A DNA stretch of 64,000 nt from Pristiophorus japonicus (Eukaryota): contig NC_091987.1 of assembly GCF_044704955.1 (NCBI RefSeq), positions 26,226,001 through 26,290,000 on the forward strand, written 5' to 3'. Both the position numbers and the translations under genes were made by a program. Every line of letters begins with the position of its first letter. The stretch's first letter is position 1. A model generated the notes under the pieces. It was not told the DNA's origin and did no database searches. It worked only from the letters and a program-made list of their open reading frames with translations. Positions 40,681 through 51,700 of the stretch are shown here, piece by piece.

Positions 40681-41307
40681 ATCTCGCCTCCCCTTAAATG
40701 CATCTATCACATTTGTCTCAACCACTCCCTGTGGGAGCGAGTTCCACATTCTCACAATTCTCCGCAGGAAGAATTTGCTCCTGAATTCCTTCTTGGATTT
40801 ATTAGTGACTATATCTATTCATGGCCTCTGCATTTTATTTTCTCCCGCAAGTGGAAAAAACTTCTCTACGCCGACCCCATCAAACGTAATTCATATTCTT
40901 ATCTGGACATCCGTCTGCTTTCTCTGTTCTAGAGGAAGGTCCCCAAGCCTATTCTGATCATCTTGATGTTTATGACTTCTCATTATCATCCTTTTCACTT
41001 TTCTCACCTTCTCCGGTGCCCCGACAACATATTTTTATAACATGGAGACCAGAACTGCACACAGATTAACGGAATATCACATTTTGTCAGTAATATTTCT
41101 CTTGACCTGTTCTGTATGTTTAAAAACAATCTCAATCTGCTTTCCTACAGTGAAGATGACTACTGCACCCGTGAGTTTCTCATCGTTATCTAATGAGTAG
41201 AAATTAATTTACTATGGTCCTATATTTTCACTTCCCGCCCCACCAACCCCCCGCATAAATTCGCGATTTCTAATCACTTTTTTGGGTTTAGTTATCTATT
41301 CACTTAC

Positions 41308-41357
41308 CTAAAACGACCAACTTTGTACCACCTCCGAAGTAAGCTTCCATTCCAGAA
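41308..41357 (-). CDS. TRBJ: TRBJ segment J5 (SGMEAYFGGGTKLVVL)
   Basis: GTAAGT donor. RSS CACAGCA-12-TGCAAAACT. Tandem duplicate of J4. Confidence 0.93.
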
Positions 41358-42189
41358 CACAGCAGTACGGGGCTGTTGCAAAACTCCCCGGAGTCCAGAT
41401 CGTTAGTTCGGTTCTAGTAGAGCTTGTGAAGGTGTCGGCAGCAGCAATGACCCGTAAAGTTTATAGGAATGTAGGAACAAAGGGTGGTGGATAGCGACAG
41501 GAGGGGTCAGTCAGCCCCTCGAGTCTCTTCCACCATTCACTTACAACACGGCTGGCCTATATCTTAACTCCAAATACCCGCCTTGCTTCCCAAACACGTT
41601 AATACATTTTCCTGACAAAATTTTGGCTATCTAATTTGTGAAATTTTCGCTTGACCCCCAGAATCAGTAGCATCTTCGCGGGCGAGAGTTCCCGATTCCC
41701 ATTGTGTGGCACCAGCGCTGAACGGCTTGGCTCCAATATAAAGTGATGTCCCTCGTTCTGGACTGCCGCTGCCAGTCTAGTCCGTTTTTCTTGATTTTTT
41801 AGAACCTCTCATTAACATCCTTGTCACTTTTATCACCTTCCCAGGTGTCTCTACATACTATTGTACAGAATATGGAGACCAGAACTGTGCACGGAAGAAC
41901 GGAAAATCATATTATGTCTGCACTCTTTCTCTTGGCCAGCTCTCGCGGGCCACGTTAAATAATTCTGTTTGCATCTATATTGAAGACTGTTCTGTATATA
42001 TTAGAGAATTTCAATCTCCTTTCCTACAATGAAGATGACTTCGGCACGCGTGAGTTTCTCATCTAAAGGGTAGAAATGAATTTACTATGTTTCTATATTT
42101 TCACCTAATCTCCCCCAACCCCTCACCAACACCCGCATAAATTCGCGAATTTTATCAACTTTGCTGGGATTAGGTATCTATTCACTTAC

Positions 42190-42239
42190 CTAAAACGACC
42201 AGCTTTGTCCCACCTCCAAAGTAAGCTTCACCAGCAGTA
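42190..42239 (-). CDS. TRBJ: TRBJ segment J4 (TAGEAYFGGGTKLVVL)
   Basis: GTAAGT donor. RSS CACAGTT-12-TGCAAAACT. Confidence 0.93.
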
Positions 42240-42913
42240 CACAGTTGTACGGGGCTGTTGCAAAACTCCCCCAGAGTCCGGATCGTTAGGTCGGTTCCAG
42301 TGGAGCTTGTGAGGGTGTCGGCTCCGCCAATGACCCGTAAAGTTTATAGGAATGTAGGAACATGTGAGGCATAGGGATAGGAGGTGGCAGTCAACCCCTC
42401 AAGCCTGTTCCAGCATGCATTTAGATGACGGCCGACCGATGTATTACCTCCATCTCCCCGCCTTTGTTACTAACACCTTAATATATTTTCCTACCAAAAT
42501 TCTAGCGATTTAAGTTGTGAAATTTTCGTTGACACCCAGCTTCAGCAGCATTTTTGGGGGAGAGAGTTCCCGGTGTCTACCAAACTTTGTGTGAAGAAAT
42601 GCTTGCTGACATCAGCCCTGAACGGCCTCGCTCTAACTTAAAGTGATGCCCCCTCTGCCCCCTTATTCTGGACCACAGCCCCCCCATCCCAGAGGAAATA
42701 ATGTATCTCTATCTCCACTATATACTCCTTTAAACACCTCGATTACATCAATCCTTAACATTCTAGGAATACAAGCCTTTACTTTGCAACCTCTCCTCGT
42801 CATTTAACACTTTTATATATCAAATATCTGAACATCATCCCAGCCGTTTTTTCAATCCCGTTTAGACTTAGATTGTGAACGAGAGACGGAACAGAAATCC
42901 ACAGTTACCTTAC

Positions 42914-42961
42914 CCAAAACTGTTAACCTGGTTCCTCCGCCGAAGTAGAGGATGTTGCTTG
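42914..42961 (-). CDS. TRBJ: TRBJ segment J3 (SNILYFGGGTRLTVL), defective heptamer
   Basis: FGxG, GTAAGG donor. RSS-like CAGGATG-12-TTAAGAACA lacks the invariant CAC. Confidence 0.85.
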
Positions 42962-43149
42962 CAGGATGCTCAACTCTAAGTTAAGAACAGACCCGCGGAA
43001 CATGTTCCCTTCCAACTGAAAGCCTTTGAGGCCTCTCCTGGAACACTTCCATGAAGCGCGTCTTGCAAAAGGAAGTATTTTTATCATGGGTAAATGATTT
43101 ACCTACCGTTCGCTAGAGAGACTAGAGAGGAGGAAGATAATTGGCTCAC

Positions 43150-43197
43150 CCAGAACTGTTAATTTCGTGCCTTGTCCGAAGTAACTCTTGTCGTTAG
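43150..43197 (-). CDS. TRBJ: TRBJ segment J2 (NDKSYFGQGTKLTVL)
   Basis: FGxG, GTGAGC donor. RSS CACGGTG-12-CTCAAAAGG. Confidence 0.92.
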
Positions 43198-44091
43198 CAC
43201 GGTGACAATGCACCCTCTCAAAAGGGGTCAGCCCTGTTTCCAATTCTAACCTGTACTATGTATCCCGTTCCAAACTGTATGAGTGCATTATGTGCACGAT
43301 GGATACCATGCCAATCTGCATGATTCCATGCTAAACATTGGATGCTACTCTAATCTGTGCGATTCCATTCTTACCTCTATGCATCTCTTTTCATAGAATC
43401 ATAGTACAGCACGGAGGAAGGCCATTCGGCCCGTCGTGTCCGTGCCGGCTCTCTGCAAGAGCACCTCAGCTAGTATATCTCCCCCATCCTTTCCCCGTAG
43501 CCCTCTAATTCTGGATTCCCCCACCAGGGTTAACATCCTCTCAGAATGTACCCTGTCAAGCCCACTCAGGATCTTATATGTTTCAATAAGATCAACGCTC
43601 ATTCATCTAAACTCCAATGAGTACAGCCCCAACCCGCGCAGCTTTTCTTCATAAGCTAACCCCTTCGTCCCAGGAATCAATCTGGTGAACCGTCTCTCAA
43701 ACTCATCCAATGCAAGTATATCTCTTGTATCAAGAAGGAGACCTAATCTGTGCGCCGTGCTCCAGCTGTGGTCTAGCGCGGGATTTGTTAATTTGCGTTC
43801 AGAACACGTTTGATTCCACACCCTTGTATTTAAGCAAGTAGTACCGCCGTCTCCAGCTGTACTGCGTTTACATAGAGTGAATTATTGGTGTTTTAACCGT
43901 GGTTTAAACAGGCTCGTTGTAACTCAATGCTGTCCCAGGCATCGAATTTTGCACAAATCTGACAAATGGACTCGCCGGCATTGAGACAGATCGAATTGAC
44001 CCGCTGACTTTGCAAACAGTCCGGTTCGGCGACCAGTTAGAAATTCCCACACCTGGACATGAATTTAGAGAGAACATTTCCCTTTTCTTAC

Positions 44092-44140
44092 CTAATACCG
44101 TTAGTTTGGTGCCTGTTCCAAAGTTAACGGTTGTGCCAGC
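44092..44140 (-). CDS. TRBJ: TRBJ segment J1 (AGTTVNFGTGTKLTVL)
   Basis: FGxG motif, GTAAGA donor. RSS CACGGCA-12-ACATCAACA (44141-44168). Confidence 0.9.
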
Positions 44141-44269
44141 CACGGCAGAAGACCACGTTACATCAACACCATCGAGCACAAACAGATAAAAGTCGACCTT
44201 TAAGCATTCTCTACACTGCCATTCAGGGCCTCAAGATGCCCCAAAGCTCTTTACAACCAATGCAGTGAT

Positions 44270-44410
44270 TTTTTTTTTATTTATTCGTGTCCAATCGTTC
44301 CAATCGTTACAATTCTTTGTCAAACGCCAGAGGTCACCCTGCACCAGTCAAGGATCACTCTGCGCCAATGCTCTCAGCCAAAAGGCCTAGAGCCACTGCA
44401 CCGTTCCTGG
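44270..44410 (-). mobile_element. Short poly(A) retroposon containing U2 snRNA-derived sequence
   Basis: 15-bp TSD AACCAATGCAGTGAT (44255-44269, 44411-44425) and an A-tail. Contains CCAGGAACGGTGCA (U2 3' end) and GGCCTTTTGGCTgAGAgCA (U2 5' end). Confidence 0.75.
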
Positions 44411-44743
44411 AACCAATGCAGTGATGCTGTAATGCAGGAAACCTGGCAGCTAATATCCACAAAGCAAGTTCCAGCGAACAACAATGCAATTAATGACCAC
44501 ATCATTTTTTGGTCATGGTGATTGAGGGATAGATATTGGCCCCAGGACACCGGTGGTGGGGGTGGGGTTGACGAATGACCGGTGTTCACGTAGAATGACA
44601 TAAAATGATGAGTTTTTTCACAAAGGCACCCTCGGTTTTGAAGGTGGACTATACACGGGACATGTTCCCTCCATGGTCCAGGGTTAATGTTCAAGCCCAT
44701 TGCCATTGTTCTTCTGCTGATTTTCCGAGACACGGGTGAACGA

Positions 44744-44782
44744 GGTTTTTGTACGGGGGCTGGGTTGGATTGTATCACCGTG
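44744..44782 (-). other. 3' D 23-spacer recombination signal sequence
   Basis: CACGGTG-23 bp-ACAAAAACC on the minus strand. Confidence 0.96.
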
Positions 44783-44796
44783 CCCCCCCCTGTCCC
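44783..44796 (-). CDS. TRBD: TCR beta diversity segment (GGGACAGGGGGGGG)
   Basis: Flanked by a 12-RSS and a 23-RSS. Nearly identical to the vertebrate TRBD1 core GGGACAGGGGGC, and open in all three frames. Confidence 0.97.
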
Positions 44797-44824
44797 CACG
44801 GTGTTAGACTGTCATACAAAAAGC
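44797..44824 (+). other. 5' D 12-spacer recombination signal sequence
   Basis: CACGGTG-12 bp-ACAAAAAGC. Confidence 0.95.
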
Positions 44825-44890
44825 TACACGGCCCCGCCTCTTAAACAGGTCACGGGGTCTTCAGCTGGTGAACTCATATGACGTTGAGGT
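44825..44890 (-). promoter_or_regulatory. Putative D germline promoter
   Basis: GC box CCCCGCC, E-boxes CAGCTG and CATATG, and CRE half-site TGACGT immediately upstream of the 5' D RSS. Confidence 0.4.
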
Positions 44891-44909
44891 CTCAAAGGTT
44901 GGTTAGATC

Positions 44910-45160
44910 TTAGGAACAGAGCAACCGATCATTCGGCCCCTCGAGCCTGTTACACAGTAAGAGGAGGAGCCCATTCAGCCCCTCGAGCCTCATACACTGG
45001 AACAGGGGGAGGCCATTCAGCCCCTCGAGCCTGTTACACAGGAACAGGAGGAGGCCCATTCAAACTCTCGAGGCCGTTGCACAGGAACAGGAGGAGTCCC
45101 ATTCAGCCTCTCGAGCCTGTTACACTGGAACAGGAGTAGGCCATTCAGCCCCTCGAGCCT
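44910..45160 (+). repeat. Same 43-bp minisatellite, running into the assembly gap
   Basis: About 6 copies of the same unit. Confidence 0.9.
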
Positions 45161-45169
45161 TCCTCCTTT

Positions 45170-45546
45170 NNNNNNNNNNNNNNNNNNNNNNNNNNNNNNN
45201 NNNNNNNNNNNNNNNNNNNNNNNNNNNNNNNNNNNNNNNNNNNNNNNNNNNNNNNNNNNNNNNNNNNNNNNNNNNNNNNNNNNNNNNNNNNNNNNNNNNN
45301 NNNNNNNNNNNNNNNNNNNNNNNNNNNNNNNNNNNNNNNNNNNNNNNNNNNNNNNNNNNNNNNNNNNNNNNNNNNNNNNNNNNNNNNNNNNNNNNNNNNN
45401 NNNNNNNNNNNNNNNNNNNNNNNNNNNNNNNNNNNNNNNNNNNNNNNNNNNNNNNNNNNNNNNNNNNNNNNNNNNNNNNNNNNNNNNNNNNNNNNNNNNN
45501 NNNNNNNNNNNNNNNNNNNNNNNNNNNNNNNNNNNNNNNNNNNNNN
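45170..45546. other. Assembly gap (377 N)
   Basis: Run of n. Confidence 1.
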
Positions 45547-45549
45547 ATT

Positions 45550-47990
45550 TATGCTTTATTTCTTTTGTCGCTCCTCTCCTCAAGAAACCAAATGTTGACC
45601 CTACGTCCTTGCACATTATCACTCCATCTCCAATCTCCCTTTCCTCTCAAATTCCTTGAACCATTGCCCACCTCACTTGCAGTTCCATGTTTGAATCCAT
45701 CCAATCAGGATTCCGCCCCTGCGACAGTACCGAAACGGCTCTCATCAAAGTCACAACTTACGTCCTTTGTGATCGTCACGAAGGTAAATTATCCATCCTC
45801 GTCCATCTTGACTTGTGTGCAGCATCTGACATCACCCAACGTATCTCCACCGTCCTCCAGCTGGGAGGGGCTGCACTTACTTGGTTCCATTGTTACATAT
45901 ATTAAAAAAATCCAAGCACAGACATCTTCCACCCTTCAAGATTTAGTTCGGACCTGGAATTTAAGGTCCATCGTTGGAACACCTGTGAACTTTTTGACGT
46001 GGAAACAAGTCATCCTGGGCCAAACCCCGGAACCTCCCTCGGGAGCCGGCGCCTCACAACTTGAGCTGACTCAGGAAAATCCCCTCCGTGCCTTTCAATT
46101 CTGCGCGGAGGGGTTTCCTATACGGGCTGCTCCTGCACACTCTGAACTTTGCCATTGTCTGCCACCCGGACATGCCGTGGCGCAACATCTTGCCATCCGG
46201 AGGAGGCGGGGGTCCCCGATGAAGGGCACTCTACACGGGAGTCCTCCCACTATTCATCGGGGACTTGGTCTGGAGGGTGGTGCACGGAGCAGTCCCGTGC
46301 AATAAATTTTTAAGTCGGTTCATGGGCTCCCAGGCTGCCTGCAATTCTGCGGTCTGGAAGAGTCCGTGTTCCATGTTTTTATGGAGTGTGCGAGGTTGCA
46401 GCTCCTGTTCCATTATTTAAAGGGGCTGCTCTCAATTTCTGGTTGCACTTCAGTTCCACACTCCTGTGCGGAGGGGAGCGGATAGGTCTGAGGGCCTCCT
46501 CGTAGGACTGCTCCTGGGCACGGCCAAGGGTGCCATCAGCCGGTCCAGGCAGCGGGCGGTCGAGGGGGTCGTTCTGCCTGACTGCCTGCCTCTCTTCCAC
46601 GCCTACATCCGGGCCAGGGTGTCCCTAGAGATGGAGCATGCGGTGTCCACCGGTATGCTCGCAGCCTTCTGCGAGAGGTGGGCACCGGAGGGACTAGAGT
46701 GCATTATTACCCCCGGCAACCAAATTTTAAGTTGATTTTATGTTTTAAAGTTTAATTTGTTTTAATTGCCGGTGTTTTTAGTGTCCCCCTCCCCTTTTAT
46801 AGGGGGCACTTGTAAAATATGGAATTTTAATGCCCTAAAAAAAAATATGTCATCCTCGGTGCGAGGGACTGCCTATGATGCTGATGATGTAATCATAGCC
46901 AGAGAAACGCCTGCAATGCCTTCTCCTCCCGCTCCCACATCTTTATCTCTGGTGTCCCCTATATATCCTTGGCCCCCTCCTATTTCTCATCTACATGCTG
47001 CCACCCAGAGACGTCATCCAAAAACACAGCATCAGTTTCCTCATATACACTGATGACACCCAGCTCTACCCCAGCACCACTTCTCTCGACCCCTCCACGG
47101 TTTCTAAATTGTTAGACTGCTAGTACGACATCCAGTTCTGGATCAGCAGAAATTTTCACCAATTAAATTTTGGGAAAAGAGAAACAATTGGTTTTAGTCC
47201 CCGCAAAATACTCTGTTCCTGAACCAGTGCCTCCAGCCTTCTCCCTAACATCTGTCTGGGGCTGAACCACACTGTTCACAACTTTGGTGTCATATATGAC
47301 CCTGAATTGAACTTCCGACCACATATCTGTGGCCTAACTAAAACCGCCTATTTCCACCTCCCTAACCTCACCATCTCCGCCCCTGCCTCAGCTCATCTGC
47401 TACTGAAACCCTCATCCATGCCTTTGTACCTCTAGACTTGATTATTCAAACGCACCACTGGCTGACATCCCATGTTCTACCCTACGTAAACTAAGAGGTG
47501 ATCCAAAACTCGGCTTCCCTTGTCCTAACTCGCACCAAGTCTCGTTCACCCATCGCCCCTGTTCTTGCTGACCTACATTGACTCCCGGTTAAGCAAAACC
47601 CCAATTTCAAAGTTCTCATCCTTGTTTTCAAATCCCTCTATGGCTTCACTCCTCTCTATTTCTGTAAGCTCCTCCAGCCCCACAACCCTGCGACATATCT
47701 GTGCTCCTCTAATTGAGCCCTTTTTAGAATCCCTGATTATTACAACCATCGTTGGCTGAGCCTTCACTTGCCTAGGCCCTAAACTCTCAACCTCCCTCCA
47801 CATTACCACTTTTTTTCTCCTTTAAGAGGCTCTTCAAAACCTTTGTCTTTTACCAAGCATTTGTAAATGTGTCCTAAATTCTGCTTATGTGGCTCGGTAT
47901 AAATTTTTTTCTTCTAACACTACTGTGAAGCGTCTTGGGACGTTTTACTACTTTAAAGGCGCTATATAAATAAAATGCTGTTGTTGTTAT
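45550..47990 (+). mobile_element. L2-type LINE (RT and 3' tail), interrupted
   Basis: FESIQSGFRPCDSTETALIKV, a decayed YADDTQLY motif, and an aaaggcgctatataaat tail. Confidence 0.82.
45900..46846 (+). mobile_element. Tx1/L1-clade LINE 3' fragment inserted in the L2
   Basis: zf-RVT-like CxxCGLEESVFHVFMEC and LLLGTAKGAI C-terminal motifs, followed by a poly(A) end. Confidence 0.75.
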
Positions 47991-49009
47991 TTATTTATTT
48001 ATGCCTATTTTCTACGATTGCCTTATTCGGTTTGCGTTCCTTGTTTGGTTTTTCCTCCTTTCTTCCTCGCTTATTCTGTTCATTAAAACGTCAAATACCC
48101 AATTCAGAAGAAACTTCTTTACCCAGAGAGTGGCGAGAATGCTGGCATGGATTGGTTGGGCCGAATGGCCTGTTCCTATGCTGTATACCCGATGTAATCC
48201 TATGCAATTACTCCACATTTCTCTTCCACAAAGTGCAGTATCTCAGGAAATGCCAGTCCCTTATACAGCGTGCTCAGTGTATACAATACATCAGGCCACT
48301 GTCAGACCATCGTGTATCGGCAATACCAGGACTGCGAAGTCATCCATGTGTCCTGTTATATGTTTTATGCTGTCATCGCTTCAAGTTAGCTCTGTTCAAA
48401 TCGACATGCACCTGTTCCGAAACTAAAAGCCCGAGTGATCTACTACCTCATTCATTTCTTAAGAAGCTTGATCTGCAGCTGAATACAGCGCGAGGCTTCA
48501 GGTTGCCAAGGCTGCCAATTATGTCCAAACAATAAAGACAGGCGTTGAATGAAGCACTGGGACACGGGCTCCAAAATACATGCAAATAAAGGCGATTACG
48601 GATTTAATATAGTAAGTACATTTTGCAAATATACTACAAAATATAAATCAATTGTTGCTTTAATATGTTGTAATCGAGTTATGAGAAATTACGTTAAACT
48701 TGTAACGAATCTTGCTGAGCCATTTAGATTACTGTGCACGGTTCTGGTCTCCATGTTACAAAAAAAGGATATAGAGGCTTTGGAGAAGGTGGAAAAATGA
48801 TTTACAAGGATCATATCAGAACTGAGAGGATAAACCTCGCAGGAAAGATACAACAGATTGGGATTCCTTCCACTAGAAGTGAGAAGGGCAATAATCACCT
48901 GATAGAGGTCTTTAAGCTTATGAAGGGACTTGACAGCTAACCATAGAGAAGATGTTTCTGCTTCTGTGGGAGCTGCGAACTATGGGCCACAAATAATAGA
49001 AAGTCGCTG

Positions 49010-49620
49010 ATGAAGAAAGATAGTCACTATAGAATAAAGGCTACAATTCTAAAGAGGGTGAAGGAACAGAGCGATCTGGGGTTATCTGTGCATAAGTCTT
49101 TGAAAGTGGCAGGACAGGTTCAGAAAGCAGTTCAAAAATCCTACAGAATACTGGGATTCATAAACAGAGGCATAGCGAGCACAAAAGAAAGGAAGTTATG
49201 ATGAAGTTTAATAAAATACTAGTTTGGCCTCAATTGGAGCATTGTGTCCAATTCTGGGCATCGCATTTTGGGAAGGCTAAGAAAGCCTGAGAGAGGGTAC
49301 AGAAAAGGTTTACAAGAATGGTTCCAGGTTAGAGGGACTTCAGTTACGTGGATAGACTGGAGAAGCTGGGGTTGTTCTCCTTCGACCAGAGAAAATTGAG
49401 AGGAGATTTTATAGAGGTGTTCAAAATCATGAGGTGTCTAGAGAGAGTAGACAGAGAGAAACTGTTCCCATTGGGAGAAGGGTCGAGACCCAGAGGACAC
49501 AGATTGACAAAAGAACCAAAGGCGACGTGAGAAAAACTGTGTTACACAGCAAGTAGTTAGGAGCTGGAATGTGCTGCCTGAAAGCATAGTAGAGGCAGAC
49601 TCAATTGTGGCTTTAAATGG
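49010..49620 (+). mobile_element. CR1 LINE fragment
   Basis: EQSDLG...LEKLGLFS...RGDFIEVFK. Confidence 0.82.
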
Positions 49621-50261
49621 AGTGGCACAAAGGATACCGTAAAGATAATGCGGTAAATTCGAGGAGCATTTTTTTAAAGAACCAAATTAATATATGTGCG
49701 ATGTCCCAGCCATTTCAGACCGGAAAGGATGGTTCAGTTTATTGTGGCATGGCAATATATGTAACTATATCACATTAAGGAAACCTACACATGGCAAATG
49801 CGTGAACGACTCTATGTCAATTAGCATTAATGTCACGATTACTGCTCCAGTTATGGTAGATGTGAAAACAAACGTATCAGTTATTGCGTAGCTCTCTCAG
49901 AATTATGCGTGCGCTTAATAATCTAAAGAAAGAACATACATTTACAATCCGCCTTTCATTAAATCAGGACGCATCCAAAGTGCTTCGCAGCCAATGAAAT
50001 ACTTTTGAAGTATAGACACTACTGCCATTTAGGAAATGCGGTGGAGAATTTGCACAAAAAACAACTTCCCACAAACAGCGCTGAGATAAATAGACAGATA
50101 TGCTGTGTTCGTGATGCTTGTAGAGGATTAAATATTGGCCCCAGAACAATGTGCGGAACACCCCAGCTCTTCTTCCAGTATTTTCCGTGGCATATATTAT
50201 GTCCCACCTGAGAGGACAGACGGGTCCTTGGTTAACGTCTGATCTCAGAGAAAGGAGCTCC

Positions 50262-50690
50262 AAAAGTGCAGCGCTCCCTCAGTACTGCCCCTCCGACAGT
50301 GCGGCGCACCCTCAGTACTGCCCCTCCGACAGTGTGGCGCTCCCTCAGTACTGCCCCTCCAGTGCGGCGCTCCCTCAGTACTGACCCTTTAACAGTGAAG
50401 CACTCCCTCAGTACTGCCCCTCCAAAAGTGCGGCGCTCCCTCAGTACTGCCACTCTGACAGTGCAGCGCTCCCTCAATACTGCCCCTCCAACAGTGCGGC
50501 GCTCCGTCAGCACTGCCCCCGACAGTATATCGCTCCCTCAGTACTGTCCCTCTGACAGTGCAGTGCTCCCTCAGTACTGCCCCTCTGACAGTGCAGCGCT
50601 CTGTCAATACTGCCCATGTGACAGTGTAGCGCCCCCTCAGTGCTGCCCCTCCGACAATATAGCGCTCCCTCAGTACTGCCCCTCTGACAG
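50262..50690 (+). repeat. 33-bp minisatellite expanded inside a DeuSINE
   Basis: About 13 copies of CAGTACTGCCCCTCCGACAGTGCGGCGCTCCCT. Smaller arrays at about 21320-21480 and 53800-54000. Confidence 0.9.
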
Positions 50691-50954
50691 GCAGAGGTAC
50701 CACTTTGAATTTTCTGCTCAAGTCTCCGAAGTGGGGTCTGGACCTGGGAGTTTATGACTCAGTGACGATAGAGCTGCGGCTGACACAAATCGGACACATA
50801 TCTGCAGACGGGCTGAATCACTCCAATCTGTTCAGTGATATTTACAGATATATGGTATCTCAGTAAGCAAAAGGAGTTAGGTGCATGATTGAAAAGTTGG
50901 CGTTAGGTGGCGGTATTGCTTCAATAATACTGACAGCTTCTTCATTGCGTGTCT

Positions 50955-51700
50955 TCATAGAATCATGCAATGGTTGGAGCAAGGAAGAAGGCCATTCCGC
51001 CCCTCGAGCCCGTGCCAGCTCCCAGCTAATCGCATTCCTCCTTCCTTTTCCCACCGACCTGCATTTTAGACATTTGATATTTATCCAACTCTGTTTTTAA
51101 AGATAAAATTGAGTCTGCATCCACCACCCTTGCAGGCTGCGCATTTCAGATCCTAACCACTCGCTGTGTAAAAAAAACGTTTTCTTCTATCGCCTTTGGT
51201 CATTTTGCCAATCTCCTTAAATCTGTGTGCTCTGGCTCTCGATCCTTCCGCCAATGGGAACAGTTCATCTCTATCTACTCTGTCCAGACCCACGTGATTT
51301 TGAACACCTCTATCAAATCTCCTCTCAATTTTCTCTGCTCTGAGGAGAACAACCCCAGCTTCTCCAGTCTATCCACGTAACTGAAGTCCCTCATCACTGG
51401 AATCATCATCGTCAATCTTTTCTGCATCTTCTCTAAGGCCTTCAGATCCGTCCTAAAGTGCGATGCCCAAAATCGGACACAATGCCACGGTTGGGGCCGA
51501 ACCAGTGTTTTGTACTGTCTGTTCATTATTACAAAGCTTTTGTACTCTGTACCTGTATTTATGAAGCCCAGGTTCTCAGAAGCCTTTTAACCGCTTCCTC
51601 ATCTTGTCCTGCCAAATTTAACGATTTGTGGACACATACCCACATGTCTCTCTGTTCGTGCTCCCTTTAGGATTGTACCCTTTAGTTTATATGTTCTCTC
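50955..51700 (-). mobile_element. CR1 LINE fragment
   Basis: YKTLVRPQ...RGDLIEVFK on the minus strand. Confidence 0.82.

Noticed and set aside
45565-46305. 246-aa ORF
   Set aside because: Out-of-frame read-through across the L2 and Tx1 fragments.
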